Assembly: GCF_006345805.1 (NCBI RefSeq)
Contig: NC_043023.1
Location: 2,294,001-2,358,000, forward strand
Direction: 5' to 3'
DNA: 64,000 bases
Source: Octopus sinensis
Taxonomy: Eukaryota
Shown: positions 1-12,320 of the stretch, one piece after another
Position numbering within the stretch: the stretch's first letter is position 1
How the letters are laid out: every line of letters begins with the position of its first letter
Made by a program: the position numbers and the translations under genes
Notes under the pieces: generated by a model
The model's database searches: none
What the model saw: the letters and a program-made list of their open reading frames with translations, nothing else
Told to the model about the DNA's origin: nothing

Positions 1-7
1 ACATGTA

Positions 8-56
8 ATGGTTGTACATGCACATTTCAAGTATTACTGCCCTTTCATCAGCACCT
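8..56 (-). ncRNA. Degenerate type I hammerhead-like motif (Penelope-type terminus)
   Basis: Minus strand reads ggtg-CTGATGA-aagg..ctt-GAAA-tgtgcatg-TA-caacc: core boxes in the right order, imperfect stems. Confidence 0.4.
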
Positions 57-483
57 CATGTAGGCTGTGAATTATCCACAAACACATTGCTTAAATACTT
101 TCTAGTTTTAGAGGTGTAAAATAATTGGATAGATGAATATGCATATTAAGCTCATTACTTGCAACTTGAATGTATGTTTAATTGCTGGTAAGACAATATT
201 TTCGTTTTGTAACCATTATACGCTGTTAAGTATATTGTAGGTTTTTAAGTCAATATTGTATCTCTGAAGAAAGAAAAATAAATAATAAAAATAATAAAAT
301 TAACTTCTAACAGAAGTCAGTCTCAAAGGGGGACATGTTGTGGCGAGAGTCATTGACACCCCTGGGGTATTGGAAGAATGGACTAGCCAAACTCTTATAA
401 AGAGTAGCGTATAGAGTCTCGCAACATACGTTGTGCGAACACCTTGATTTAACCTCTGCTACATTATATTATATATCTAACAT

Positions 484-865
484 TTACTCTTTTACTTGTT
501 TCAATCATTTGACTGTGGCCATACTGGAGCACCGCCTTTAGTCGAGCAAATCAACCCCAAGACTTATTCTACTAGTAACTTTTGCCGAACCACTAGTTTA
601 CAGGGAAGTAAACACACCAGCATCGGTGTGTTTACATCCCCAATGTTGGGGGGACGAACACAGACACACAAATATATACACACACATACATATATATATA
701 TGCGACAGGCTTCTTTCAGTTTCCATCTACCAAATCCACTCACAAGGCTTTGGTTGGCCTGAGGCTATAGTAGAAGACATCTGCTCAAGATGCCACGCAG
801 TGGGACTGAACCCGGAACCTTGTGGTTGGTAAGCAAGCTACTTACCACACTGCCGCTCCTGCACC
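484..865 (-). mobile_element. SINE family A (tRNA-derived head, CORE-like segment, internal TA/TG microsatellite)
   Basis: Matches many other copies in the window; family consensus has A box TGGCTGTGTGG, B box GGTTCAGTCC, a ccttgggcaagt CORE-like segment and a gagtaaaa tail. Confidence 0.85.
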
Positions 866-1046
866 TTTTATGCAACTATAATATACGACCAAGTATACTA
901 AATATTTACTAATCAATACTATGCCTTACTTTTGTGTTAGCAGTGTAGTATTCTCATTTTTACATTTAGCTTTAGATTTTCTATAGAATTTAGATCCAGC
1001 AATGCAAGTTATGATGTTTCCTATTTAAATATGTGTATGTAAATAA

Positions 1047-2165
1047 GCTGGCGAGCTGGCAGAAACGTTAGCACGCCGGGCGAAATGCTTTGCGGTATTT
1101 TGTCTGCCGTTATGTTCTGAGTTCAAATTCTGCCAGAGTCAACTTTGCCGTTTATCTTTTCGGGATCAATAAATTAAGTACCAGTTACGCACTGGGGTCG
1201 ATATAATCGACTTAATCAGTTTATTTGTCCTCTCTGTGTTTAGCCCCTTGTGGGTAGTAAAGTAATAGGTATTTCATCTGCTGTTACGTTGTGAGTTCAA
1301 ATTCTGCCAAGGTCGACTTTGCCTTTCATCCTTTCGGGGTTGATTAAATAAGTACCAGTTACGCACTGGGGTTCAATATAATCGACTTAATCCGCTTGTC
1401 TGTCCTTGTTTGTCCTCTCTGTGTTTAGCCTCTTGTGGGTAGGAAAGAAATAGGTATTTTGTTTGTCTTTACATTCTGAATTCAAATTCCCCTGAGGTCA
1501 ACTTTGCCTTTCATCCTTTCAGGGCATCAATAAAAAAGTACCAGTTGCATACTGGGGTCAGTCTAATCGACTGCTCCCCCCCACCCCACAAATTTCAAGC
1601 CTTGTGCCTAGAGTAGAAAAGAATATTCTTCAAGCCATTTAGGCGGTGAGCTGGCAGAATCGTTAGCACACCGGGCGAAATGCTTAGCGGTATTTCGTCT
1701 GTCTTACGTTCTGAGTTCAAATTCCGCCGAGGTCGACTTTGCCTTTCATCCTTTCGGGGTCGATTAAATAAGTACCAGTTACGCACTAGGGTCGATATAA
1801 TCGACTTAATCCGTTTGTCTGTCCTTGTTTCTCCTCTTTGTGTTTAGCCCCTTGTGGGTAGTAAAGAAATAGGTATTTCGTCTGTCTTTATGTTCTGAGT
1901 TCAAATTCTGCTGAGGTCAACTTTGCCTTTCATCCTTTCAGGGTCAATTAAATTAGTACCAGTTACGCACTGGGGTTGATATAATCGACTTAATCCGTTT
2001 ATCTGTCGTTGTTTGTCATCTCTGTGTTTAGCCCCTTGTGGGTAGTAAACAAATAGGTATTTCATCTGCTGTTACATTCTGAGTTCAAATTCTGCCGAGG
2101 TCGACTTTGCCTTTCATCCTTTCAGGGTCGATAAATTAAGTACCAGTTGCACACTGGGGTCGATC
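1047..2165 (+). mobile_element. SINE family B, tandem multimers (two heads, about six bodies of ~190 bp)
   Basis: Heads ggcgagctggcagaa at ~1050 and ~1642; repeated body gagttcaaattc..gactttgcctttcatcctttcggggtcgat..aagtaccag (Meta-domain-like). Confidence 0.85.
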
Positions 2166-2409
2166 CACTTGTTTGCCACATGGACTTCTCAACCAGACAG
2201 CTATGACTGTACCTACAAAAATACAAATAAAAAATAATAAAATACAATAAATATTCTAGGTGGATGAACTTGTTGTAATTTAGATAAAAATCTGTTAATT
2301 GTTTTTGTTTTTGTGTTTGTTGTTGTTTCCATTCGTTCTCAGACAATTAATTACCAAACGAGCTATTTTTGTTACTTTTTGTATTTTATATATTAATTCA
2401 TTCATTTAT

Positions 2410-2694
2410 ATTATAATTATCATCATCATCATCCTCATTATTATTATTATTATAATTATTATCATCTTTATTATTATTATTATTATCATTAGTATTATTA
2501 TTGTTATTATTGTTGTTGTTGTTGTTGTTGTTATTATTATTATTATCATTATTATTAATATTATTGTTATTATCATTATTATTATTATATTATTGTTATT
2601 ATTGTTATTGTTATTATTATTATTATCATTATTATTATTATTATTGTTATTATCATTATTATTATTATTATTGTTATTATTGTTATTGTTATTA

Positions 2695-2731
<37 letters not shown>

Positions 2732-2850
2732 TATTATCATTATTATTATTTTTATTATTATTATTATTATTATTGTTATTATTATTATTATTATTATAAT
2801 TATTATTATTTTAATTTTTATTGTTATTATTATTGGTATTATTATTATTA
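2410..2850. repeat. (ATT/GTT/ATC)n trinucleotide microsatellite
   Basis: Visible directly; explains the poly-I/L/Y ORFs. Confidence 0.95.
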
Positions 2851-3409
2851 TAGTAGGGGAATTTGTTAAGTTGCAAGATGTTTTTTTCCTTATGGAATGG
2901 TGAATGATCTATTTGATAATAATTATATCTAGATTGGAACTTTAGCAGAAATTCTTTGTAATTTATGATTTTTCAAAAAAGTGCCAAATTGTTTTTTTTT
3001 TTTTTTGCTTTGTAATATATAATATTTATTATTAATTAAAAAAAATTAATATGAAAACAATAATAACGTGATTTATAACAATATCGTAAATAATAACATA
3101 AGTGGTTTTAAATTTTGGCACAAAGCCAGGAATTCTTGGGGAGGGGCAAGTTGGTTAAATCACCTCTAGTGTTCGACCACTACTTATTTTATCGGCCCCA
3201 AAAGGACGAAAGGCAAAGTTGATCTCAGAAGAATTTGAACTCAGAATGCCAAGACAGACAAGATGTTGTTAACCATTGTGCCTGGTTCTGTAACAATCCA
3301 GTCAGTTTGCTGCCTTGGAACTTAACTATATATTGGTTTGAAATTTTACCACAAGACCAGCAATTTCAAGGGAGAATCAAAATAGTAATCGATCAACATC
3401 AATGAAAAT

Positions 3410-3785
3410 TGCAGCTGTGATACCAGTGCCGGTGGTACGTAAGAGAACCATCCGAATGTAGCCTTTGCCAGCGCCGCCCCGACTGGCCTCGTGCCGGTGG
3501 CACGTAAAATGCACCATCCGATCATGGCCATTGCCAGCCTCGCCTGGCCCCCATGCTGGTGGCACGTAAAAAGCACCAACTGATCGTGGCCGTTTGCCAG
3601 CCTCGTCTGGCACGTAAAAAGTACCCAGTACACTCACGGAGTGGTTGGCGTTAGGAAGGGCTTCCAGCCGTACAAACATTGCCAGATCAGACTGGGCCTA
3701 GTGCAGCCTTCTGGCTTCCCAGACCCCCGGTTGAACCGTCCAACCCATGCTAGCATGGAAAGCGGACGCTAAACGATGATGATGA
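3410..3785 (+). mobile_element. Repeat family C (retroposon-like, internal ~55-62 bp modules, (GAT)n tail)
   Basis: ggcacgtaaaaagcacc modules, gtggttggcgttaggaagggc core and aaacgatgatgat end; further copies at 16240, 35255, 38080, 45195, 47255, 49870, 50370. Confidence 0.75.
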
Positions 3786-4164
3786 AGGGTCTAGTTTAAT
3801 ATAACAACCCCAGTGTTTAACTGTTCCTAATTTTATCAACCCCAAAAGGATGAAAGGCAAAGTCCAATCTAGACACAATTATTATCAATTAGACCATTTA
3901 CTGTACCATAAAATCATCTCACAGAGTGAGGTACCATTATGTGTTCACTGTGTTAACATGATGCAATATATATATATATATATATATAATATATATATAT
4001 ATATGTATATAGGCATAGGAGTGGCTGTGTGGTAAGTAGCTTGCTTACCAACCACATGGTTCTGGGTTCAGTCCACTGTGTGACACCTTGGGCAAGTGTC
4101 TTCTACTATAGCCTTGAAAGGATGAAATTTGACGTTGGCAGGGTTTGAATTCAGAACATAAAGA

Positions 4165-4575
4165 TGTTGCTGTTTGTTTGTTGAGCAAAGTGGTCTTTGT
4201 CCCAGAGCTTGCAAGATCGCGTCTCAGGATTGTCTGTAGTGGGAGAAGTCCGAAACATGGTCCTTTGCTATTCGTAAGACCCACAGAATAGAAAGCAGGT
4301 CAACCCTTGACACCGAGAGCATCGATGGATGGATGAATGCACATCCAGGCTCAGCGGCTGCGTAGGAAGTCGGGGACAAAAAACAGGAAGAAAGAATGAG
4401 AGAAAGCTGGGGCGAAAGAGTACAACAGGGGTCACCAGCACCCCCTGCTGGAGCCTCGTGGAGCTTTTAGGTGTTTACGCTCCATAAACACATACAACAA
4501 CCGGACCGGGAATCGAAACCGCAATCCTCCGACCGCGAATCCGCTGCCCTAACCACTGGACCATTGAGCCTCCAC
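4165..4575 (-). mobile_element. SINE family D (tRNA-Arg-like head)
   Basis: Minus strand gtggaggctcaatggtccagtggttagggcagcggattcgcggtcggagg..gtttcgattccc: A box, B box and TCG-like anticodon loop. Confidence 0.75.
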
Positions 4576-4577
4576 TT

Positions 4578-5300
4578 GCTGTTGTTGTTTAGCCCCAGGT
4601 CAGTCCTGATACAACAGAGAGACCTATGATCAAGTGTGTAACTCTATCCATCCCATCTTTATTCCGGCAAAGTGTACCTCGGGCTACATTATTTAAAGTA
4701 TAGTATAGTAGTTACTATTATTTGCTATAATTGTTATTGTTGTTTAGCCCCAGGCCAGTCCTAATCCAGTCAACCTATGATCAAAGATGTTCCAGCTGTG
4801 ACCATCCCATCTAACATTCTGACATAGTGTATCTAGGACTACATTATCTAATGTATAGTATTGTAGTCTGTATTAGTGGTTATGGTTGTTGTTGTTGCTT
4901 AGCCCCAGGTCAGTCCTAATCCAGTCGACCTATGATCAAAGATGTTCCAGCTGTGACCATCCCATCTTTTATTCTGGCATAGTGTATCTAGAACTACATT
5001 ATCTAATGTATAGTATTATAGTTAGTATCAGTAGCTATTGTTGTTGTTGCTGCTGTTTAACCCGAGGTCAAACCTACGATCAAAGCCATGACTGTCCCAT
5101 CTTTTATTTAAACCTAATGTATCTCGGACTACATTACCGAATGTGACTATAGTTGTTTTTGTTGTCAGTGTTCTTTAGCCCTAGGCCAATCCAGTCCTGA
5201 TTCAACATACATAAGATGAAATATATTATTCCAGATATAACCATCCCATCTTTTATTCATGCCTAAGTGTATCAAGGACTACATTATCAAATAATATCCC
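4578..5300. repeat. Tandem array of about five diverged ~150-bp units
   Basis: gttgtttagccccaggtcagtcct..cctatgatcaaa..catcccatc..gactacattat recurs at ~4580, 4735, 4890, 5045 and 5165. Confidence 0.8.
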
Positions 5301-5596
5301 CATCCTAACTATAAAAATGGTTCGCTATATAACCATATTACTTCAGGGGAGGGGAATTCTTGCTATTTCTAGCGCACCACAAATGACACGGAGGCCGTCT
5401 CGTTTGATCCTGTCATGGAGAATATTGGATTATTAAGTAATCATATTGGAACCAGGTTTAAGGTTGGAAGGTCTTGGAGAAATTTCCTTCAATTTTCTCC
5501 AACGCTCCTGCGACTGATTTGCCGATTTCATCCAATTAGTTATTCTTAAAATGAACCTTCTTTTACCAGCAGCAAAATATGAATCATTCTGGGTAG

Positions 5597-6205
5597 ACCA
5601 CACACACACACACACACAAACGCACACACACGCACACAAACACACACACACATGCACACACACACACACACACACACATATATGTGCGTACACTCACATA
5701 TGTGTGTGTGTGTATATGCATACATATATGTATATATATGCTTATATGCATACACACAAGCACACACATATACATATGTGCACACATACACACACACACA
5801 CATGCACCTCCACACCCACACGTGTGTAAACTCACACAAGTGTATATATATATATATGTGTGTGTGTATATGCATACATATATGTATATATGTGCTTATA
5901 TGCATACATATATATATAGATGTGCATACATATATATATATATGCACACACGTGTGCACACATATGCATGCACACCCACACATATATACATACACATATG
6001 TACATATTCATATATTCATACATACACAAATACATATTTATATATACACACATGCACAAATATATACATATCTGTATATATATATATATATACACACATG
6101 CATGCATATGTATACACAAACATATGCACATACATATATGAATATACACCAAGCATATGCACACATACGCACATATATATATACATATATACACAAATAT
6201 GTATG
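5597..6205. repeat. (CA)n/(TA)n compound microsatellite
   Basis: Visible directly. Confidence 0.95.
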
Positions 6206-6399
6206 ACAAATCTCAGGTGTGCATAGAATTACCTGTAACGGCAGCCATATCTCAAGTCATATGCAATGTCTTTTAGAAAGAAATGACATATCAGATTACT
6301 CGCTCCCAGATATACTTTGTGCCAATTATGGCAGGATGGTCATGGGAAGAGCCGATTTTATTGTAGGTTTGATGATTAATCAAGTTTAAATTGGAACTG

Positions 6400-7195
6400 A
6401 TCAAAAGTTTGGAGTGGCGTGAAAGCATTTGCGAAGGCCAGGATGACACATGTAAGACTCAAAGATTTAATGATTTAAGACTCAAAGATTTAATGATTTA
6501 AGACTCAAAGATTTAAAGATTTAAGACTCAAAGATTTAAAGATTTAAGATTTAAAGATTTAAAGATTTAAGACTCAAAGATTTAAAGATTTAAGACTCAA
6601 AGATTTAAAGATTTAAAGCTCAAAGATTTAAAGATTTAAGACTCAAAGATTTAATGATTTAAGACTCAAAGATTTAAAGATTTAAGATTTAAAGATTTAA
6701 TGATTAAGACTCAAGATTTAAAGATTTAAGACTCAAAGATTTAAAGATTTAAAACTCAAAGATTTAAAGATTTAAGACTCAAAGATTTATTGATTTAAGA
6801 CTCAAAGATTTAAAGATTTAAGACTCAAAGATTTAAAGAAGAATGTAAATCTCAGAGACCTTTCTTGTGAGCACAGTTTGTGAGAGACCCTGCTTTTCTT
6901 TTGCTGGGCTCAAATCTCATTTGCGAACCCATGGAAAACAAACCTCCACCAACTATTCTGCCTCTATTCCTGTGCTCACCTTTCAATGCAATTTGTATGC
7001 CAGAAGGTTTGCTAATCTAATGGAGGCCTCAAAAGACATTTTAAGACCCACAAAGATCAGAACTTAACAGCAGTTCTTGATGGTCCAAATTGGATATGTA
7101 GTCTATGCGGGTGTCTTTTCAAAATGCCATGATGGATCTAAGGTGTAGATACAGGAAGTAGTCAAACTCAGCATAAGAAGTAGACAACCACCATA
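6400..7195 (+). mobile_element. RTE-type LINE 3' end with two degenerate C2H2 fingers, interrupted by a minisatellite
   Basis: CERPCFSFAGLKSHLRTH and frameshifted CQKVC*SNGGLKRHFKTH resemble the C-terminus of RTE-clade ORFs; ends in (TA)n. Confidence 0.55.
6453..6838. repeat. 23-bp minisatellite taagactcaaagatttaaagatt
   Basis: About 16 units with internal aaagattt sub-repeats. Confidence 0.9.
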
Positions 7196-7436
7196 TATAT
7201 ATATATGTGTGTGTGTATATATATATATATCTATATATATATATATATTTATATATTTATACATACATATATGTGTGAGGGCATATGTATGTATTTGTGC
7301 ATGTGTGTATATATATAAATATGTATTTGTGTATGTATGAACATATGAATATGTATATATGTGTATGTATATTTGTGTGGGTGTGCACATATGAATGCAT
7401 ACATGTGTGTGTGTGCATACATATATATATATATAT

Positions 7437-7627
7437 ATTATTAAAATTATAATTTAGGGTATCTATGAGATACCGCTATGCTGAAAATAACAGCCAAAAT
7501 CTGACTCTAAAACCACCTTCAATGTTCATACAGCATGAACATTTAAGGTGGTTTTAGAGTCAGATTTTGGCTGCTATTTTCAGCATGGTGGTATCTCATA
7601 GATGCCCTAAATTATAATTTTAATAAT
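7437..7627. repeat. Fold-back inverted repeat (~93-bp arms, 5-nt loop)
   Basis: Arms are near-complementary around acagc at 7530-7534; the arm sequence also occurs at 9260-9355 and 49495-49590. Confidence 0.85.
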
Positions 7628-7758
7628 AATTATTACCTTGATGGTTTTTATTTCCATGCTGGCCACTTGATAAGATCGCTATTTAATTTAAATTAACGAT
7701 CTTATCCTTATATATATATATATATATCTATATTTATATCTATATCTATCTATCTATC

Positions 7759-7807
<49 letters not shown>

Positions 7808-8678
7808 TGAGTTCAGTAAAAATTTAGGTTCCAATGAATACTGTACTTAAGTTGAGGCACCAGAATTTAGTACGGTATTATTCGTTCATGTTACAACTAT
7901 GATGTTGTTGGTACATGTTGTTTGTCTATCTCCTTACCTTCTTGGAGATTTTAGGTAAAATTATACTAATGTGTCCATCTGTTCTAATTTAATTAAATTC
8001 TTTGTCTTTGTGCAGCTGTGGATTGCTCTACATTTTAAATTGATGCAATGAAATGATTGCATTGTTCAATTAAATGGAGTTGCATGAAATGATCATACTG
8101 CATTACCTCTGGATATCCTTGTTGCTTATTTCGATATATATATATATATATATATATAAGGAAATAATTTTATTCTCAGATGCAGGATAATGCTAATAAC
8201 ATAGCAGGAACAGAATAAACTATCCATATTTTGCAGAAAAATTGGTCGGCTCAAACTCAAACTCACATCCCTATGATTACGTGTCAAGTGCTTTATCATT
8301 AAGCTAAACTGCCCCAACAATAAATTCTTCTGCAAGTTTAGGATATGTAGATCTAGCTTTCTAAGACTGTATTGTACATTAAATTGAAAATGTACAAACA
8401 AAATTTGCTTTAGGAGTATTGAGATGTATTAAAAGATAAAGATAAAGAAATAATTTTATTCCCAAATGCAGGATAATACTTATAATATAGCATGGACAGG
8501 ATAACAGTTATCCTGTTCAGGCCTGAACAGTTTATTGCCAGAACAGTTTATCCTGTTCAGGCGATATTTTTAGTGTTATCATGTCTTTGAGAATAAAATT
8601 ATATCCTTATCATTATCTTTCAATACATCTCAACGTTTCTAAAGCAAACTTTGTTTACTTTCATTGTAATTTGAATTT

Positions 8679-8709
<31 letters not shown>

Positions 8710-8777
8710 GTCCCGGGTTGAGTCGGGGTTAACCACAGTAAATAAGGTACTCAATACATAGCAGAGTAAATTAATTT

Positions 8778-8900
8778 ATTTTATAGAAGGAGCTTCTACA
8801 GGACTAGAACTGTTCATTCAAATGAAATCATCAGGAAGCTTCCTGATGATTTCATTTGAATGAAACAGTTCTAGTCCTGTAGAAGCTCCTTCTATAAAAT
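8778..8900. ncRNA. Palindrome containing back-to-back type I hammerhead motifs
   Basis: Plus strand: agcttc-CTGATGA-tttc/attt/gaat-GAAA-cag..ctg-TA-gaagct (8837-8887); mirror copy on the minus strand with a 1-nt deletion in GAAA. Confidence 0.7.
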
Positions 8901-9144
8901 ATATATATATATATATCTTTTATCTTTTACTTGTTTCAGTCATATGACTCTGGCCATGCTGGGGCACCACCTTGAAGGGTTCTAAGTGAATAAATTGATC
9001 CCAGAACTTATTTTTATTTCTAGGCCTATACTTATTCTAACAGTCTCTTTTGTTGAACAGCTATATGATGGGGACGTAAACACACCAACACCAGTTGTCA
9101 AGCAGATGTGAGGGACAAACACTTACACAAAGATATTCACACTT

Positions 9145-9240
9145 AGATTTGACTTTTTCTATTCCTGAGCATTATACTTATACATCTGTTTGTTTTGTAC
9201 ACCACCTGTCTTCGTCTTTTGTTTTTTCGTAAACTCTCCC
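9145..9240 (+). mobile_element. Penelope-like element 3' terminus fragment
   Basis: Similar to the reverse complement of 31649-31730 (cctgagc..atac..tgtttgttt..ccacctg.cttcgtcttttg); ends at (TA)n. Confidence 0.6.
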
Positions 9241-9259
9241 TATATATATATATATATAT

Positions 9260-9465
9260 CATTAAAATCATAATTTAGGGTATCTAAGAGATACCACCAC
9301 GCTGGAAAAAGCAGTCAAAACTTGACTCTAAAACCGCATTGAATGTTCATACTGCACCAGGAGAGAAGACAAAGAGACAAAATAAACTCGCAAAAATCAC
9401 TGGATAATTCAGATCCCGGATTTCTGACTCTGCATGAAAAATGCTTTGCCTCATCAGTGGAATAT
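9260..9465 (-). mobile_element. HHR-bearing ~200-bp element (likely Penelope pLTR-type)
   Basis: Minus strand ttcca-CTGATGA-ggc..gtca-GAAA-tccggga-TC-tgaa; second copy at 49380-49590. Confidence 0.6.
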
Positions 9466-9645
9466 ACACCCACCATATTCACCAGACATTGACCTATCTG
9501 ATTATTATTTATTCTGCAGTCTTCAAAATCATTTGGACAGAAAAAATATGAATTCTGTAGAGAAGGGCAGAAAAGCAGAAAAGTACTGGAAGAGTATTTT
9601 TTGTCACAGACAAGTAAATTCTGGAAGAGAGGTCCTTGCAAGTCA
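9466..9645 (+). mobile_element. mariner transposase C-terminal fragment
   Basis: HPPYSPDIDLSDYYLFCSLQNHL resembles the mariner YSPDLAPSDY motif. Confidence 0.75.
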
Positions 9646-9914
9646 CTATCTCAATAAGCTGCCTTTAGGGTGTTAAATTGCTAAGAAGCTGCCCATATTA
9701 TTTATAGTTTTGCATTTCTACCACTTTTGAAACCAGCATATATTTTCAATGGATGTTCTTATACATCGATGAGGTAAGTTGAGCTTAACTCTAGGCATAG
9801 TATGAGCCACTGTGGCTATATCTGTGACCATAGGGAACTTTGTCTCCCTTGTCAGCTTATTAAGATAGTGTTTTGGTGGTTAATGAGTCATTTTAACTCT
9901 TATTTCTAGCAATA

Positions 9915-10290
9915 GGTGTAGGAGTGGCTGCGTGGTAATTAGCTTGCTTACCAACCGCATGGTTCTGGGTTCAGTCCTACTGTGTGGCACCTTGGGCAAG
10001 TGTCTTCGACTATAGCCTCGGGCCAACCAAAGCCTTGTGAGTGGATTTGGTAGACAGAAACTGAAAGAAGCCCGTCGTATATGTGTGTTTGTGTGTCTGT
10101 GTTTGTCCCCCCCAACATCGCTTGACAACTGATGCTGGTGTGTTCACGTCCCCATAACTTAGCGGTTCAGTAAAAGAGACCGATAGAATAAGTACTAGGC
10201 TTACAAAAAATAAGTACCAGGGTTGATTTGCTCGACTAAAGGCGGTGCTCCAGCATGGCAACAGTGAAATGACCAAAACAAATAAAAGAA
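9915..10290 (+). mobile_element. SINE family A
   Basis: Full-length match to the family consensus. Confidence 0.85.
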
Positions 10291-10696
10291 AGAAAGAATG
10301 CTGGTACCACTTTGTACTCTCTGTCACTTTAGTCACGTCTATATATGTGTGTATATATTTATTCATGTGGGTCTTTGTGTCTGTTTGTCACTCCACTAGA
10401 CTACCGATGTTGGTGTGTTTACATCCCTGTAACTTAGCAGTTTTGGAAAAGAGACCAATAAAATAAATACTAGGCTACAAAGAATAGTTCCTGGGTTTGA
10501 TTTTTTTTTTTTTACTGAAATGCCTTCTTAGATGGTGCTCAGGGATGGCCAGTGTGTGTGTGTGTTTGTGAGTGCATGTGTGAGTGCATGTGTGTGTGTG
10601 TGTGTGTGCATGTGTGTGTTTGTGTTTCTGTCTGTGACTCACCCCACTGTTGCTTGAAAACCAATGTTCGTTTGTTTATGACCCCTACCATAAATC

Positions 10697-11090
10697 CTTT
10701 CTACTCTAGGCACAAGGCCTAAAATTTTGGAGGAGGGAGCCAGTCGATTAGATCAACCCCCATACGCAACTGGTACTTAATTTATCGACCTCAAAATGAT
10801 AAAAGGCAAAGTCGACCTCGGCGGAATTTGAACTTAGAACGTAAAGACAGATGAATACCTATTTCTTTACTACCCACAAGGGATTAAGCCAGAGAGGATA
10901 AACAAGGACAGACAAACGGATTAAGTCGATTACATCGACCCCAGTGCGTAACTAGTACTTATTTAATCGACTCCAAAAGAATGAAAGGCAAAGTCGACCA
11001 CAGTGGAATTTGAACTCAGGATGTAAAGGCAGACGAAATACCCCTAAGCATTTTGTCCAGCATGCTAATATTTCTGCCAGCTTGCCACCT
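10697..11090 (-). mobile_element. SINE family B dimer
   Basis: Head at ~11090 followed by two bodies, the second with the alternative tail. Confidence 0.8.
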
Positions 11091-11496
11091 TGACCCCTAC
11101 CGTAAATGGTTGCCCAAGAAGAAAAATAGTGGAACAAGGGCATCCCAGATTAAACCTATAATCTAGAGTCAATTTCTTTAACTAACTATACAAGGCAGCT
11201 CCAGTCTGGCCACTGTCCAATGACTGGCACATGTAATATTCAATTACATACAAGGATGTGGACAAATGAAACAAAGTGGCACATGGCACATTTGGTAAGA
11301 GTCACATGAAGTTTTTGATAATGGTTTGAGTTATCTTTCTACAAGATAGGCTTCATGGATGCTGAGAAATAAGTCCATCTCATCTGATGCTTACTCACAG
11401 CATCCTGTCATCTGATGGGATTGGTGTGTTCTACATGGCCATGTTAGTTTAGGTTACATGGTGCTGAGTCAAGCTGTTATGAAATATATATATATA

Positions 11497-11652
11497 GGTG
11501 TAGGAGTGGCTGTGTGGTAAGTAGCCTGCTTACAAACCACATGGTTCCGGGTTCAGTCCCACTGCGTGGCACCTTGGGCAAGTATCTTCTTCTATATCCT
11601 TGGACCGACCAGAGTGGATTTGGTAGACGGAAACTGAAAGAAGCCCATCGTA

Positions 11653-11695
<43 letters not shown>

Positions 11696-11910
11696 GCGTG
11701 TATAAGTTTGTGTGTCTGTGTTTGTGCCCCCAACATCACTTGACAACCGATGCTGGTGTGTTTACGTCCCTGTCACTTAGTGGTTCGGCAAGTGAGACCA
11801 ATAGAATAAGTACTAGGCTTACAAAGAATAAGTCCTGGGGTCGATTTGCTTGGCGGTGCTCCAACATGTCCACAGTCAAATGACTGAAACTAGTAGAAGA
11901 GTAAAAGAGC
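11497..11910 (+). mobile_element. SINE family A
   Basis: Full-length copy with central (TA)n. Confidence 0.85.
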
Positions 11911-11944
11911 ATGTATATATACATATAAATATCTATATACATAC

Positions 11945-11988
<44 letters not shown>

Positions 11989-12221
11989 ATGCATGTATGC
12001 ATATAAATATATATAGGTGTCTATATATGCATACACGCATATGTATATATATATCCTTAAATCCTTAAATATATATGTATATATATATCTATCTGATGAT
12101 GATGATATATATATATATATACAGAGATTCAGATGAATATGGTATTTAGTTGAGGCACCAGAATTTAGTACGGTATTATCCATACAATTTCAAAGTGAGG
12201 TGATTACAATTATTTTGATTT

Positions 12222-12252
<31 letters not shown>

Positions 12253-12289
12253 GGATGTCTCTCTCTCTCTCTCTCTCTACACCACACAC

Positions 12290-12320
<31 letters not shown>

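Noticed and set aside
390-445. Possible hammerhead (cttataa-agag..ctc-gcaac)
   Set aside because: Both core boxes are mutated; too degenerate to support
6867-7067. Possible host C2H2 zinc-finger gene
   Set aside because: Frameshifted, lacks TGEKP linkers, and its context fits a LINE 3' end
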